A stretch of DNA of 29,835 nucleotides, from NCBI GenBank assembly GCA_964444245.1, contig CAYUGW010000004.1, positions 1 through 29,835 on the forward strand, written 5' to 3'. The notes under the pieces are model-generated. The model made no database searches and had not been told where the DNA came from. It saw only the letters and a program-made list of their open reading frames with translations. The DNA is from an uncultured Blastocatellaceae bacterium. Lineage in GTDB: Bacteria; Acidobacteriota; Blastocatellia; Pyrinomonadales; Pyrinomonadaceae. This document shows positions 15,833-24,346 of the stretch, piece after piece. The translations under genes were made by a program, and so were the position numbers. The stretch's first letter is position 1. Every line of letters starts with the position of its first letter.

Positions 15833-18538
15833 TTAATTCGGCAGTGCCGTCACAGGTCGGTCGCCGTTTGAACCGAATTGAAAAGCTGTGAAACCCGCTT
15901 GTGTTTGCATCAGATACCAAACTCCATTGCCCGGTCTGAAGACAACCGAATCGGTAAAGCCGTCGCCGTCATAATCTCCCGGCGCGGGAATATCGCCGTT
16001 CGTGCCGAACGGGAAAGAGTAATAACTGTTGTTTTCGCTCCGCAGAACAAACCACTCGCCCGTCGCCGGTCGGAAGATGGCGACATCCGTTTTGCCGTCG
16101 CCCGTGTAATCACCCTGAACGGGTATGTCTGTTCCGACTCCGAACGACAGAGCGGAAACTCCGAGTGATGAACGGTCGAGCCACCACTGCCCGTTTGACG
16201 GGCGGAAAATAGCTTTGTCGGTGATGCCGTCGCCGTCGTAATCCGCCGCGACCGGAATATCGCCGTTCGAGCCGAAGGTTTCCGCGACAAACTGCCCGTC
16301 CGAACTGTTGATCCGATACCAAACGCCGTTTGACGGGCGGAAAACCGTGATGTCGCTAATGCCGTCGCCGTCATAGTCGCCGGGAACGGCTTTGTCGCCG
16401 TTCGTGCCGAATTGGATTGATTCGTAAGTACTGGTCGAACTGTTGATCCGATACCAAACGCCGTTTGACGGGCGGAAAACCGAGACATCTGTTTTGCCGT
16501 CACCGTCAAAATCGGCAGCCGCAATCATATCGGTCGAAACGCCGAACTGCGTCGAGGCAAAACCGTTTTGCGATTGCTGTATATACCAGACGCTCGTTGA
16601 CGGGCGGAAAATCGAAACGTCCGATTTGCCGTCGCCGTCGAAATCAGCCGGAACGGTTTGATTTAATTGAAATTCGTAAATCGGTCGTCTGTCGTTTAAA
16701 TCCGTGTCAACCGACGTTGCATAAATGTTTCCGTTAGCAATGTGAATCTCTCTGCCGAATCGCTGCGGCACATAAGAATCGGTCGGCTGAAGTTTTTGTC
16801 TTTCTCGCCAAACTCCGCCGGTCTTTGTGAAAAGATAAACAGCACCGCGCGTGCCGGAATAATTCGTATCTGAAACAGCGATTGTGCCGCCGCTGATGGA
16901 AATATCCTCGCCGTAGTCAGCGGTCGGCGTATCACTGAGCGGCACGAGCGTTTGCTGATTTATCCAGAAAGTTCCGTTGCGCTGGTAAACATAAACTTTC
17001 TGCGGATTGATCGTCTGCTCGGAAAGAACCAGCGTGTCGCCTTCGATGTCAAATGAAAATCCGATAAATCCCGTACCGGGAGTCGTTATTCTCGCCTGTT
17101 GCGTCCAATTGGTGTCGCTTCCGGTGAAAACATAAACACTGCCGCCGGTTGCATTCGGGGAGACGGGAGCGTTTAGACAGATACAAGTTCCGCCGGAAAC
17201 GGCGATTGTATTGCCGCTGTATCTGACTCTGCTTCCGAAAAATTGCAGATCGTCCGTAACCGACGGAACGAGTTTTTTACGAAATACGAACGCGCTGACA
17301 CCCGGATCGCGGAAAACATAAACGGCTTGATTATTCGATCCGCCGTTCGCGCCGATGATGAGTGTGTCCCCCTGCATAGCCAGACTCGCGCCGAAATGAT
17401 GATTGTCAACCTGATCCGCTGACGGTGCAGTCAGTGCTTGAGAAAAAACGAAAGTCGAACCGTTGTATTTATAAATGCTGACTTCGCCTCTTCCCGTATT
17501 TTTGTTCGGCGCGGAAACGGCGAGCGTATTTCCGTTTATTGCTAAGGCATCTCCAAAACGATTTGAAGTATCAAGCGGAACAGAAAGCGAGGCGTTCTCT
17601 GCCCAATTACCATTAGATGTTCGCCTGAACACATAGACGAAGCCTCGATCGTTTTGAAATGTAGGCGCGCCGACAGCCATAAAATCTCCGCTAACCGCAA
17701 AACGCTCTCCGTAATATGAACCGTAGCTAGTGCTGTAAATTTTTTGAACCTGCACGAATTTCGGGTCAATCGTTACCGGATAAACCGCCCGTTCGTCTTC
17801 GACTTCGAGAAAAATCTCGCCTGAATCTTCGACGCGCATCGCCGCCGTTAAGATCGTGTTTTCCGCATCCCAAACTTTCAGATTTTCATAACGCATTATC
17901 TTGCCGTTTTCTTTGTTTGAAAGTTCGAGCGATTGTCCGTTGTCAATTGCTTTAGCAATGCTGTCGGTCGTTAAAATCAAGCGCAATTTTTCATCGCCGC
18001 TGTTCGGTTTTTGATGAACGATAAAGCCTTGTTCCAAACCGTCCGGCTGATTTTGAAACCACTCGGTCAGGATTTTGGATTTTGGATTTTGGATTTTGGA
18101 TTTTTCGATTTCAATGCGGTTTCCTTTTTTGACGGTTTCGCCCGTTTCGAGCAAAGTCTGATTTGTGCCGCGTCCGATTGATTTTAATTGCCAGTCGAAT
18201 TTCCAATCGTTTTTATAATCGGAAATTTTTACACCTGTTTTATCAAAATCGGCGCGGAATTTGTGCGCGTCGTTTTCCGCGTAAAAATCGCTCCGGTTTG
18301 TTTTGCTCGGCTCAAAAGAATACCGCACCGCCGTGTATGCTTCGACAAACGATTGGTAACTGCCGTCTTTTTTCAAATGTTCGATGGCTTCATTGCCCTG
18401 CAAATTTAAAGATTTATTTAATTCGGCGGTTTCGGAACCAGCCTGCGCCGCCGGATTCTGCCCGGTTGCGGCGAAAAATAAAATCGTAAAAATACCCGTA
18501 AAAATTAATGTCGTAATAATTAAAAACTGCTTTTTCAT
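15833..18538 (-). CDS. Secreted FG-GAP (integrin-alpha-like) beta-propeller protein with N-terminal ...YPVTIDP domain and six C-terminal DxDGDG..D..FRP..G.W repeats
   Basis: AAGGAG RBS and signal peptide; seven FG-GAP-type blades (e.g. FGDALAINGNTLAVSAP, FGASLAMQGDTLIIGA); six ADFDGDGKxDxxxFRPS-type repeats. Confidence 0.92.
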   Translation of the reverse strand: MKKQFLIITTLIFTGIFTILFFAATGQNPAAQAGSETAELNKSLNLQGNEAIEHLKKDGSYQSFVEAYTAVRYSFEPSKTNRSDFYAENDAHKFRADFDKTGVKISDYKNDWKFDWQLKSIGRGTNQTLLETGETVKKGNRIEIEKSKIQNPKSKILTEWFQNQPDGLEQGFIVHQKPNSGDEKLRLILTTDSIAKAIDNGQSLELSNKENGKIMRYENLKVWDAENTILTAAMRVEDSGEIFLEVEDERAVYPVTIDPKFVQVQKIYSTSYGSYYGERFAVSGDFMAVGAPTFQNDRGFVYVFRRTSNGNWAENASLSVPLDTSNRFGDALAINGNTLAVSAPNKNTGRGEVSIYKYNGSTFVFSQALTAPSADQVDNHHFGASLAMQGDTLIIGANGGSNNQAVYVFRDPGVSAFVFRKKLVPSVTDDLQFFGSRVRYSGNTIAVSGGTCICLNAPVSPNATGGSVYVFTGSDTNWTQQARITTPGTGFIGFSFDIEGDTLVLSEQTINPQKVYVYQRNGTFWINQQTLVPLSDTPTADYGEDISISGGTIAVSDTNYSGTRGAVYLFTKTGGVWRERQKLQPTDSYVPQRFGREIHIANGNIYATSVDTDLNDRRPIYEFQLNQTVPADFDGDGKSDVSIFRPSTSVWYIQQSQNGFASTQFGVSTDMIAAADFDGDGKTDVSVFRPSNGVWYRINSSTSTYESIQFGTNGDKAVPGDYDGDGISDITVFRPSNGVWYRINSSDGQFVAETFGSNGDIPVAADYDGDGITDKAIFRPSNGQWWLDRSSLGVSALSFGVGTDIPVQGDYTGDGKTDVAIFRPATGEWFVLRSENNSYYSFPFGTNGDIPAPGDYDGDGFTDSVVFRPGNGVWYLMQTQAGFTAFQFGSNGDRPVTALPN
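18070..18104. repeat. Heptamer tandem repeat (GGATTTT)x5 inside a CDS
   Basis: Five perfect units, translated as KSKIQNPKSKI with the reading frame preserved. Confidence 0.93.
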
Positions 18539-18560
18539 TTTCTCTCCTTAAAAAATTTTC

Positions 18561-19568
18561 TTATTTACCCGAAGTTCGTTTCATCCACGTATAATCGCCG
18601 CCGACCGTTTCCAGCGTCGTGCCGCGAAATTCACCAACGCCCCGGAGTTTTCCTGCGCTCACGGTAAATGGATATTTGCCGTAGATTTTTCCGTCGTGCG
18701 TAAATTCGACGAAGTACGTGCCGTCCTGCGCGGTGATGTCATTGATTCCGAGCGGTGTTTGAGCGGCATTTTTGGCGAAGATGATTTTGTAGCGCGACCA
18801 TTTCCGCATCGGCGCGAGAGTTGTCGTTTCCGGGTGATTGGTCACGCCGATAACTTTGCCGTCTTTTTCGCGAATGATTCGGGCGGAATATCTGCCGTAA
18901 TCGCTTTTTCGTTTGCCCGTGCCTTCGAGCATATCGCGCATCCAAATGTTGAATATAAAACCGTTTGACGTATCGATCAGGGCGTGGTCGTTCCAGAGTC
19001 CGTCCATCAAAAACCACGATTTGCCGCCCTCGCCCGAATACGGCGTAAGCGTAAATGGGAACTGGTCGAAAACTTTTCCGCCGGTGGAAAATTCCAGAAA
19101 ATAATCGCCCGCGCCGGGAAGAATCAGGTCGGATTTTCCGTCCGTTGGTGAAAAACCCTGCATCCAAAACGATTTATTGCGTTTCGGTGCTTGCGCGTTC
19201 GTTTCGTATGTACCGAGCGTCTTGCCGTCCGCGCTTTTGATTTTCATCGTAACTTTCGCGTCCGTGCCGTTCGTCGAAAGATTCATCGCCCGCGCCTGTT
19301 CAATAAAAATCCTTTTATTGTCGTAATTGAAATTGATGTAATCCATCAAAACTTCGTCGAGAAGTCCGCCCGCGCCCGACACGAAATTGATTTTGGGCGT
19401 GGAATTTCCCGCTGTCTGATTGTTCGTCGGCTGCGCCGTTTTTGTTTGCTGTTCCTGCTGCGGCGTGTCCGGTTTCTTTTTAATCGCGTTTTTCAGCGTG
19501 TTTAATTGCGCGTTTGCAATAATTGCCGAAGCAAAAATAATGATTGTTAATAGAATCGTTTTAAACAT
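18561..19568 (-). CDS. Secreted hypothetical protein with two homologous halves
   Basis: AGGAG RBS, signal peptide (…IIANA|Q); DGK..G...AP.R..S...G.Y..EF...GK....PFT occurs twice. Confidence 0.85.
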   Translation of the reverse strand: MFKTILLTIIIFASAIIANAQLNTLKNAIKKKPDTPQQEQQTKTAQPTNNQTAGNSTPKINFVSGAGGLLDEVLMDYINFNYDNKRIFIEQARAMNLSTNGTDAKVTMKIKSADGKTLGTYETNAQAPKRNKSFWMQGFSPTDGKSDLILPGAGDYFLEFSTGGKVFDQFPFTLTPYSGEGGKSWFLMDGLWNDHALIDTSNGFIFNIWMRDMLEGTGKRKSDYGRYSARIIREKDGKVIGVTNHPETTTLAPMRKWSRYKIIFAKNAAQTPLGINDITAQDGTYFVEFTHDGKIYGKYPFTVSAGKLRGVGEFRGTTLETVGGDYTWMKRTSGK

Positions 19569-19745
19569 AATTTCTCCTGAATGAATAGCGATAATTTTTT
19601 ATTTTTTTTATTCGCTTTGTTTGCGGGTTATTAGAAAAAGTAAGAATCTTTTTTTATCAAAGTGAACTTTTTTCACCTTCAAAATTTATAACTTCTTACC
19701 AACTCGATTTCGGGCGAAAAACGCTCGAAATTTATTGATAACTCT

Positions 19746-20066
19746 TTATTTGGGGCGAAAGCCGTTTATTTGCGTTTCTAAAGAGTTTAAGCAGATCAAA
19801 ATTTGATTTTCCGCCGGTTCGGTAAAGTGAACTTTTCCGCTTGCCAGCAAAATCTCGATTTTCAAAACCTCCCTTTCAAGCAATGAAGCCGATTCGGAAA
19901 GGGATAAAAAAAGAGTTTCAATGCGGCACAGCGGACAAAATTTCCGGGAAGTTTTTGAAACCCGCCGGATTTGAACGATCTGTTTCGTTTCAACCGTAAT
20001 TTCGATCCGCTTTCTGCGCCGATTGAAAATATCTTTCCAAAATAACCATTGCTTCATTTTTTGCAT
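19746..20066 (-). CDS. Small putative Zn-binding HTH protein (CxxC...H...C)
   Basis: KRIEITVET..IVQIRR...FCPLC..E...LS..E.ASLL......IE.LL.SGKVHF.E......LICLNSL; excisionase-like HTH spacing after the CxxC; divergent from the regulator at 20198. Confidence 0.7.
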   Translation of the reverse strand: MQKMKQWLFWKDIFNRRRKRIEITVETKQIVQIRRVSKTSRKFCPLCRIETLFLSLSESASLLEREVLKIEILLASGKVHFTEPAENQILICLNSLETQINGFRPK

Positions 20067-20150
20067 CGTTGTAATATGTTGTCACCCCAAATTCAGGCAA
20101 CATTGATCTGCTATGCCCTGTAACTTAGCAGACATCGAATTTTGCAATCT

Positions 20151-20190
20151 ACCAAAGATTGTTCAAAAAAAGTTCAAAAAGTTATCAAAG
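20151..20190 (+). promoter_or_regulatory. Four 11-bp-phased CAAA-core direct repeats, candidate wHTH operator
   Basis: CAAA at 20153, 20164, 20175 and 20186 (GTTCAAA at 20161 and 20172), ending 8 bp before the ATG at 20198. Confidence 0.45.
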
Positions 20191-20197
20191 AACCATT

Positions 20198-22501
20198 ATG
20201 TTGTTGAAAGAAAACACTTTATATGAATTTGAGGAGTTTGTTTTAGATACTTCTGAGCGCACGCTCCGGCGCGAAAATGAAACGGTTTCCGTAACTCCGA
20301 AGGCGATTGAAACGCTTTGTCTGCTGGTTGAAAACCACGGAAAACTGCTGTCCAAAGACGATTTGATGAACGCGCTCTGGGCGGATACTTTTGTCGAAGA
20401 GCGGAATCTGGCGCAGAATATTTTTACCTTGCGAAAGATTCTCGGGGAAAACGGTGACGGCAAAAAATTTATCGAAACCGTTCCGCGCCGGGGTTATCGT
20501 TTTATTGCCGAAGTTCGTCCAATAGATTTGGAACGAGAAGAATTTATCGAAGTTTCTCTGGCAAAACAGACGACCATTAAAGCCGAAGGCAATGTTTCAT
20601 CTCACGATCTGACCGAAGCCGTCAGAGAAACCGCCAAATCGTTCTCGCTCGAAAAAGATTTTGAAGAAAATCAATTAAAACGAATCGAAACTGCCGAATT
20701 TTCCAAACCTTTTTATCAAAGATTTTCCTTTGTTGCGGTAAGCATTTTGTTTATTTCATTTTTCGGCGGCGGGTTTTGGCTCTGGCAAAACGGCATACCG
20801 GAAAATGGTCGCAATGTTTCAGCAAACGCAAATTTTTCGGATATAAAATTTGAACGCCTGACCGATTCCGGTAAGACATTTTTTCCCGACATCTCACGCG
20901 ACAAAAAACAGATCGTCTATGTTTATAACGACAAAGGCAAAGACAGCCTGAGATTGCAAAATCTGGCAACGGGCAGCGTGACGGAAGTTATTCCGCCGAC
21001 GGATTCCGAGATCGGTCCGCCGTTTTTCTCAAACGACGGCGATCATATCTTTTATCGTTTTTCCGAAAAAGGCTCGGAAGGAATGATTTACCGCGTTCCT
21101 TTGTTCGGCGGCAGTCCGCGCAAAATCATCGGCGGTGTCAGAAGCGATGCGTCTGTTTCGCCCGATGGAAATTGGCTTTCGTTTATTCGCTATGAAGCGC
21201 AAAACGATGCCTGGCAATTGATTATTTGCCAAACCGACGGCACGAATGAACGCGTTATCGCTTCGCGTTCGGGCGAGAAAATTCTTCTCGATTGGGGACA
21301 AACTCCGGCTTGGTCGCCCGATAATCAAAAAATAATCGTCGGCGGTCTAACCAAAAATCTCGGCAAAAACGCCGATAAAAAAAAGATTTATCTGCTCGAA
21401 TATGAAATAGCAAGCGGCGCAGAAAAAGTTTTGGAAACGCCGGAATGGAGCGGAATCGGAAAATTCGTACGGCTTCCCCATCAGCCGGATTTAATTATTC
21501 TGGCGCAGGAAAGCCGCGAATTGCCTTATCAAATCTGGCAGCTTTCAATTTCGACCGGTGAAGCGAAAAAAATCACGAATGATCTGACCAATTACGGACA
21601 CTTAACCGTTGCCGCCGACGGTGAATTTATTTTAACCAGCGAGCGACGTACGGATTATAATTTATGGCTGATAAATTTGGCGGATAAAGAAGCGCGGCAA
21701 ATTACATTTAAAACGGCGGTTTTAAATGGCGGCGGCGGTTTGAAATGGTCTTCGGACGGCAAAAAACTCGTCTATACCGTTGCCGAAAATACATATTCAA
21801 GCAATATCTGGACAATGGACATGGAAACTTTTGAAACCCGGCAGATGACATTTGACGAAAATAAAAGAAACTGGCTGCCGATCTTTACGCCGGACAGCCG
21901 CTCGATCATTTTCGCATCGGATCGCACGGGAAATTCGCACATCTGGCAGATGGATTTGAACGGCGAAAATTTAAGGCAAATTACCGAGGGCGACGGCGAA
22001 GGTTTTCCGCAAATTACGCCGGACGGAAATTGGCTGCTCTATGTTTCGCCGTCGGACGTTCCGCAATTTTTGCACAAAAGACCGTTTCACGGCGGCGAAT
22101 CCGTTCTTCTCTACGATAATGCGAAAGGCAGCAGTGCCGTTTCGCCCGATTCGAAGCAAATTGTTTTCGGATATTATGACAATGAGGAAACAAAGAGAAG
22201 CCCTTGGAAATACGGCATCAAGTCGCTCGAACCCGGCGACCAGCCGCAGGAAATCGGCATTCATCCGTATTTGGGAGCGATGAGTTGGGAAAATGATTCG
22301 AGCGGTTTTTATTATATCAGCGAGGGCAGAACGCTTAATAATATCCGGTTTTATTCGGTTGCCGACGGCGCAACCAAACCGGTTACCGAATTTGAAGATC
22401 TAAAAATGCGCTTTATCAGCCTTTCCCCCGACGGTAAACAAATCGCCGTTTCACGCGGCGCAACCGTCAGTAATATTATTAAAATCAAAGGTTTTCGATA
22501 A
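20198..22501 (+). CDS. CadC-like membrane-anchored regulator: Trans_reg_C winged helix + TM + TolB/PD40-like beta-propeller
   Basis: TPKAIETLCLLVENHGKLLSKDDLMNALW...NLAQNIFTLRK...IETVPRRGYRF; TM FSFVAVSILFISFFGGGFWLW; repeated S/WSPDG blades. ATG at 20198 preferred over TTG at 20159. Confidence 0.92.
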   Translation: MLLKENTLYEFEEFVLDTSERTLRRENETVSVTPKAIETLCLLVENHGKLLSKDDLMNALWADTFVEERNLAQNIFTLRKILGENGDGKKFIETVPRRGYRFIAEVRPIDLEREEFIEVSLAKQTTIKAEGNVSSHDLTEAVRETAKSFSLEKDFEENQLKRIETAEFSKPFYQRFSFVAVSILFISFFGGGFWLWQNGIPENGRNVSANANFSDIKFERLTDSGKTFFPDISRDKKQIVYVYNDKGKDSLRLQNLATGSVTEVIPPTDSEIGPPFFSNDGDHIFYRFSEKGSEGMIYRVPLFGGSPRKIIGGVRSDASVSPDGNWLSFIRYEAQNDAWQLIICQTDGTNERVIASRSGEKILLDWGQTPAWSPDNQKIIVGGLTKNLGKNADKKKIYLLEYEIASGAEKVLETPEWSGIGKFVRLPHQPDLIILAQESRELPYQIWQLSISTGEAKKITNDLTNYGHLTVAADGEFILTSERRTDYNLWLINLADKEARQITFKTAVLNGGGGLKWSSDGKKLVYTVAENTYSSNIWTMDMETFETRQMTFDENKRNWLPIFTPDSRSIIFASDRTGNSHIWQMDLNGENLRQITEGDGEGFPQITPDGNWLLYVSPSDVPQFLHKRPFHGGESVLLYDNAKGSSAVSPDSKQIVFGYYDNEETKRSPWKYGIKSLEPGDQPQEIGIHPYLGAMSWENDSSGFYYISEGRTLNNIRFYSVADGATKPVTEFEDLKMRFISLSPDGKQIAVSRGATVSNIIKIKGFR

Positions 22502-22708
22502 AGTTAAAGTTTTCGGAACTTTTTCCGTAATTCGATTTAATTTTCCGACATCTTCTTGCTTTTTGAGCGGTTTTGGGTTTAATATCTTCAACATAACTTT
22601 TCAAAATTTTAACGATTTTGTATTTTCAAAATACACTTCGAAATGTTGTTTTCATTCTTAAAACAACATAATTTAACCCCTTAAGTCATAACTAAAAGGA
22701 GAAAATTG

Positions 22709-24220
22709 ATGAATAGATTTGTACAGGGTTTTATGACGTTTGCGCTTGTTTTTTTAACGGCGCAGATAACTTTTGCGGCAACTTTTACGGTAACCAAAAC
22801 AGCCGATACCAATGACGGTGTGTGTGATGCGGATTGCTCTCTGCGCGAAGCAATCGGCGCGGCAAATGCTTCGCCTGAGGATGATATCATCGAATTCGAT
22901 GCAGCTGTTTTCGCTACCCCGCAAACCATTACTTTGACCGGGACAGAGATAATTATTTCCGGCAGCACCGGAACTTTGACAATCAACGGAACAGGCGCGG
23001 ATATGCTGACGATTGACGGCAATTTGACCAGCCGGATACTTAACATCATTAACGCTACGGCTTTTATCAATGATATGACATTTACGAGAGGCACCGGTGT
23101 CGGCGCGCTGAATACCGGACGCGGCGGAGCGATCTATAATGCAGGCGGAATAGTCGCCATCAATAATTCCGTGATTACCGGAAATACGGCGACAGCCGGC
23201 GGAGGGCTAAATAACGCGGCAACTACCGGTCCTTCCGTTCCCGCAACTCTGACGATTAATAATTGTATTGTTTCCAATAATACCGCAACCAGTTCGGGCG
23301 GCGGAATGCAGAATTTTTCGACCAGTACGGTGACCATTAACGATTCGACTTTTACGGGAAACACGAGCGGCAGCACGACCGGCGGCGGCGGCGGACAATT
23401 TAACGGCAGAGTGCTGATCACGAATTCGACATTTGCCAACAATAATGCTTCCAGCGGAAGCGGCGGCGGTATTCATACAAACGGAACGCTCGGGACGATT
23501 CTGACAAATGTAACAATTGTCGGCAATACTTCGACAAACAACGGCGGCGGATTTCATCGCGGCACGACAAACGTCAACTTTTTTATCCGCAACAGCATTG
23601 TTGCCGGAAACAACGGAACGGCAGCTTCGCCGGACGTTACAAATTCGACTAACGGATTAAATTCGGAAGGCAACAACATTATCGGCAACGTCGGAACAAG
23701 CACCGGCTGGGTCGCTTCCGATCTGCTTAATACCGATCCGATGCTCGGAATGCTCGCCGACAACGGCGGATTCGGAATGACATTTTTGCCGATGGCGGGT
23801 TCGCCGGCGATTGACGGCGGACAAAACTGCGTTCTCGATTTAACCTGCTCCGCCAATAATCCGCCGCAAGCCGTAACGACCGATCAGCGCGGCGTGGCGC
23901 GTCCGCAGGGAGCGGCGGTTGACATCGGTTCGGTCGAAGTTGCTTCGGCGGCTTCGGATGCTACGGTCAGCGGTCGCGTTTTAGCACCGGGCGGCGTGGC
24001 GCGAAGCCGCGTTGTTGTTACGCTCAGCGATAAGAACGGAGTTATTAAAACCACCTTCACAAATAATTTCGGATATTTCACTTTTACGAATGTTCCTACA
24101 GGGCAAACATATTCGCTTGGTGCCGAATCGAAACAATATAACTTTACGCCGCAAGACGTAACGGTCAACGGCGACGTAACAGGTTTGACAATTACCGCAA
24201 CTTCGGAAAATCGGAAGTAA
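22709..24220 (+). CDS. CSLREA-domain secreted beta-helix protein with choice-of-anchor-Q-like region and C-terminal carboxypeptidase-regulatory-like domain
   Basis: AAGGAG RBS before ATG 22709; TVTKTADTNDGVCDADCSLREAI; GGG-repeat beta-helix; DPMLGMLADNGG...GSPAIDGG...DQRG..RPQG..VDIGSVE; C-terminal SGRV...TNNFGYFTF. Confidence 0.92.
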   Translation: MNRFVQGFMTFALVFLTAQITFAATFTVTKTADTNDGVCDADCSLREAIGAANASPEDDIIEFDAAVFATPQTITLTGTEIIISGSTGTLTINGTGADMLTIDGNLTSRILNIINATAFINDMTFTRGTGVGALNTGRGGAIYNAGGIVAINNSVITGNTATAGGGLNNAATTGPSVPATLTINNCIVSNNTATSSGGGMQNFSTSTVTINDSTFTGNTSGSTTGGGGGQFNGRVLITNSTFANNNASSGSGGGIHTNGTLGTILTNVTIVGNTSTNNGGGFHRGTTNVNFFIRNSIVAGNNGTAASPDVTNSTNGLNSEGNNIIGNVGTSTGWVASDLLNTDPMLGMLADNGGFGMTFLPMAGSPAIDGGQNCVLDLTCSANNPPQAVTTDQRGVARPQGAAVDIGSVEVASAASDATVSGRVLAPGGVARSRVVVTLSDKNGVIKTTFTNNFGYFTFTNVPTGQTYSLGAESKQYNFTPQDVTVNGDVTGLTITATSENRK

Positions 24221-24241
24221 TAAGCGGTAAATGTGCTTTTC

Positions 24242-24340
24242 AAACGGCACGAGCGAGCGGTTTAGTGAGCCATATTTCAATAAAAATCAAGTTTATTTGA
24301 TAAAAAGAGAAACTCGCTAAACCGTTCGCTCGTGCTGTTT
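24242..24340. repeat. REP-like inverted repeat, 28-bp arms (25/28), between convergent genes
   Basis: AAACGGCACGAGCGAGCGGTTTAGTGAG (24242-24269) pairs with 24313-24340. Confidence 0.88.
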
Positions 24341-24346
24341 TTTCGT

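Noticed and set aside
20090-20125. Sigma-54 promoter (GGCA...TGC)
   Set aside because: The GG-to-GC spacing does not fit the required 10 nt on either strand.
22580-22645. TTCAA repeats upstream of the CSLREA gene as a third phased operator
   Set aside because: Spacings are 13, 25 and 12 bp, not a constant helical period.
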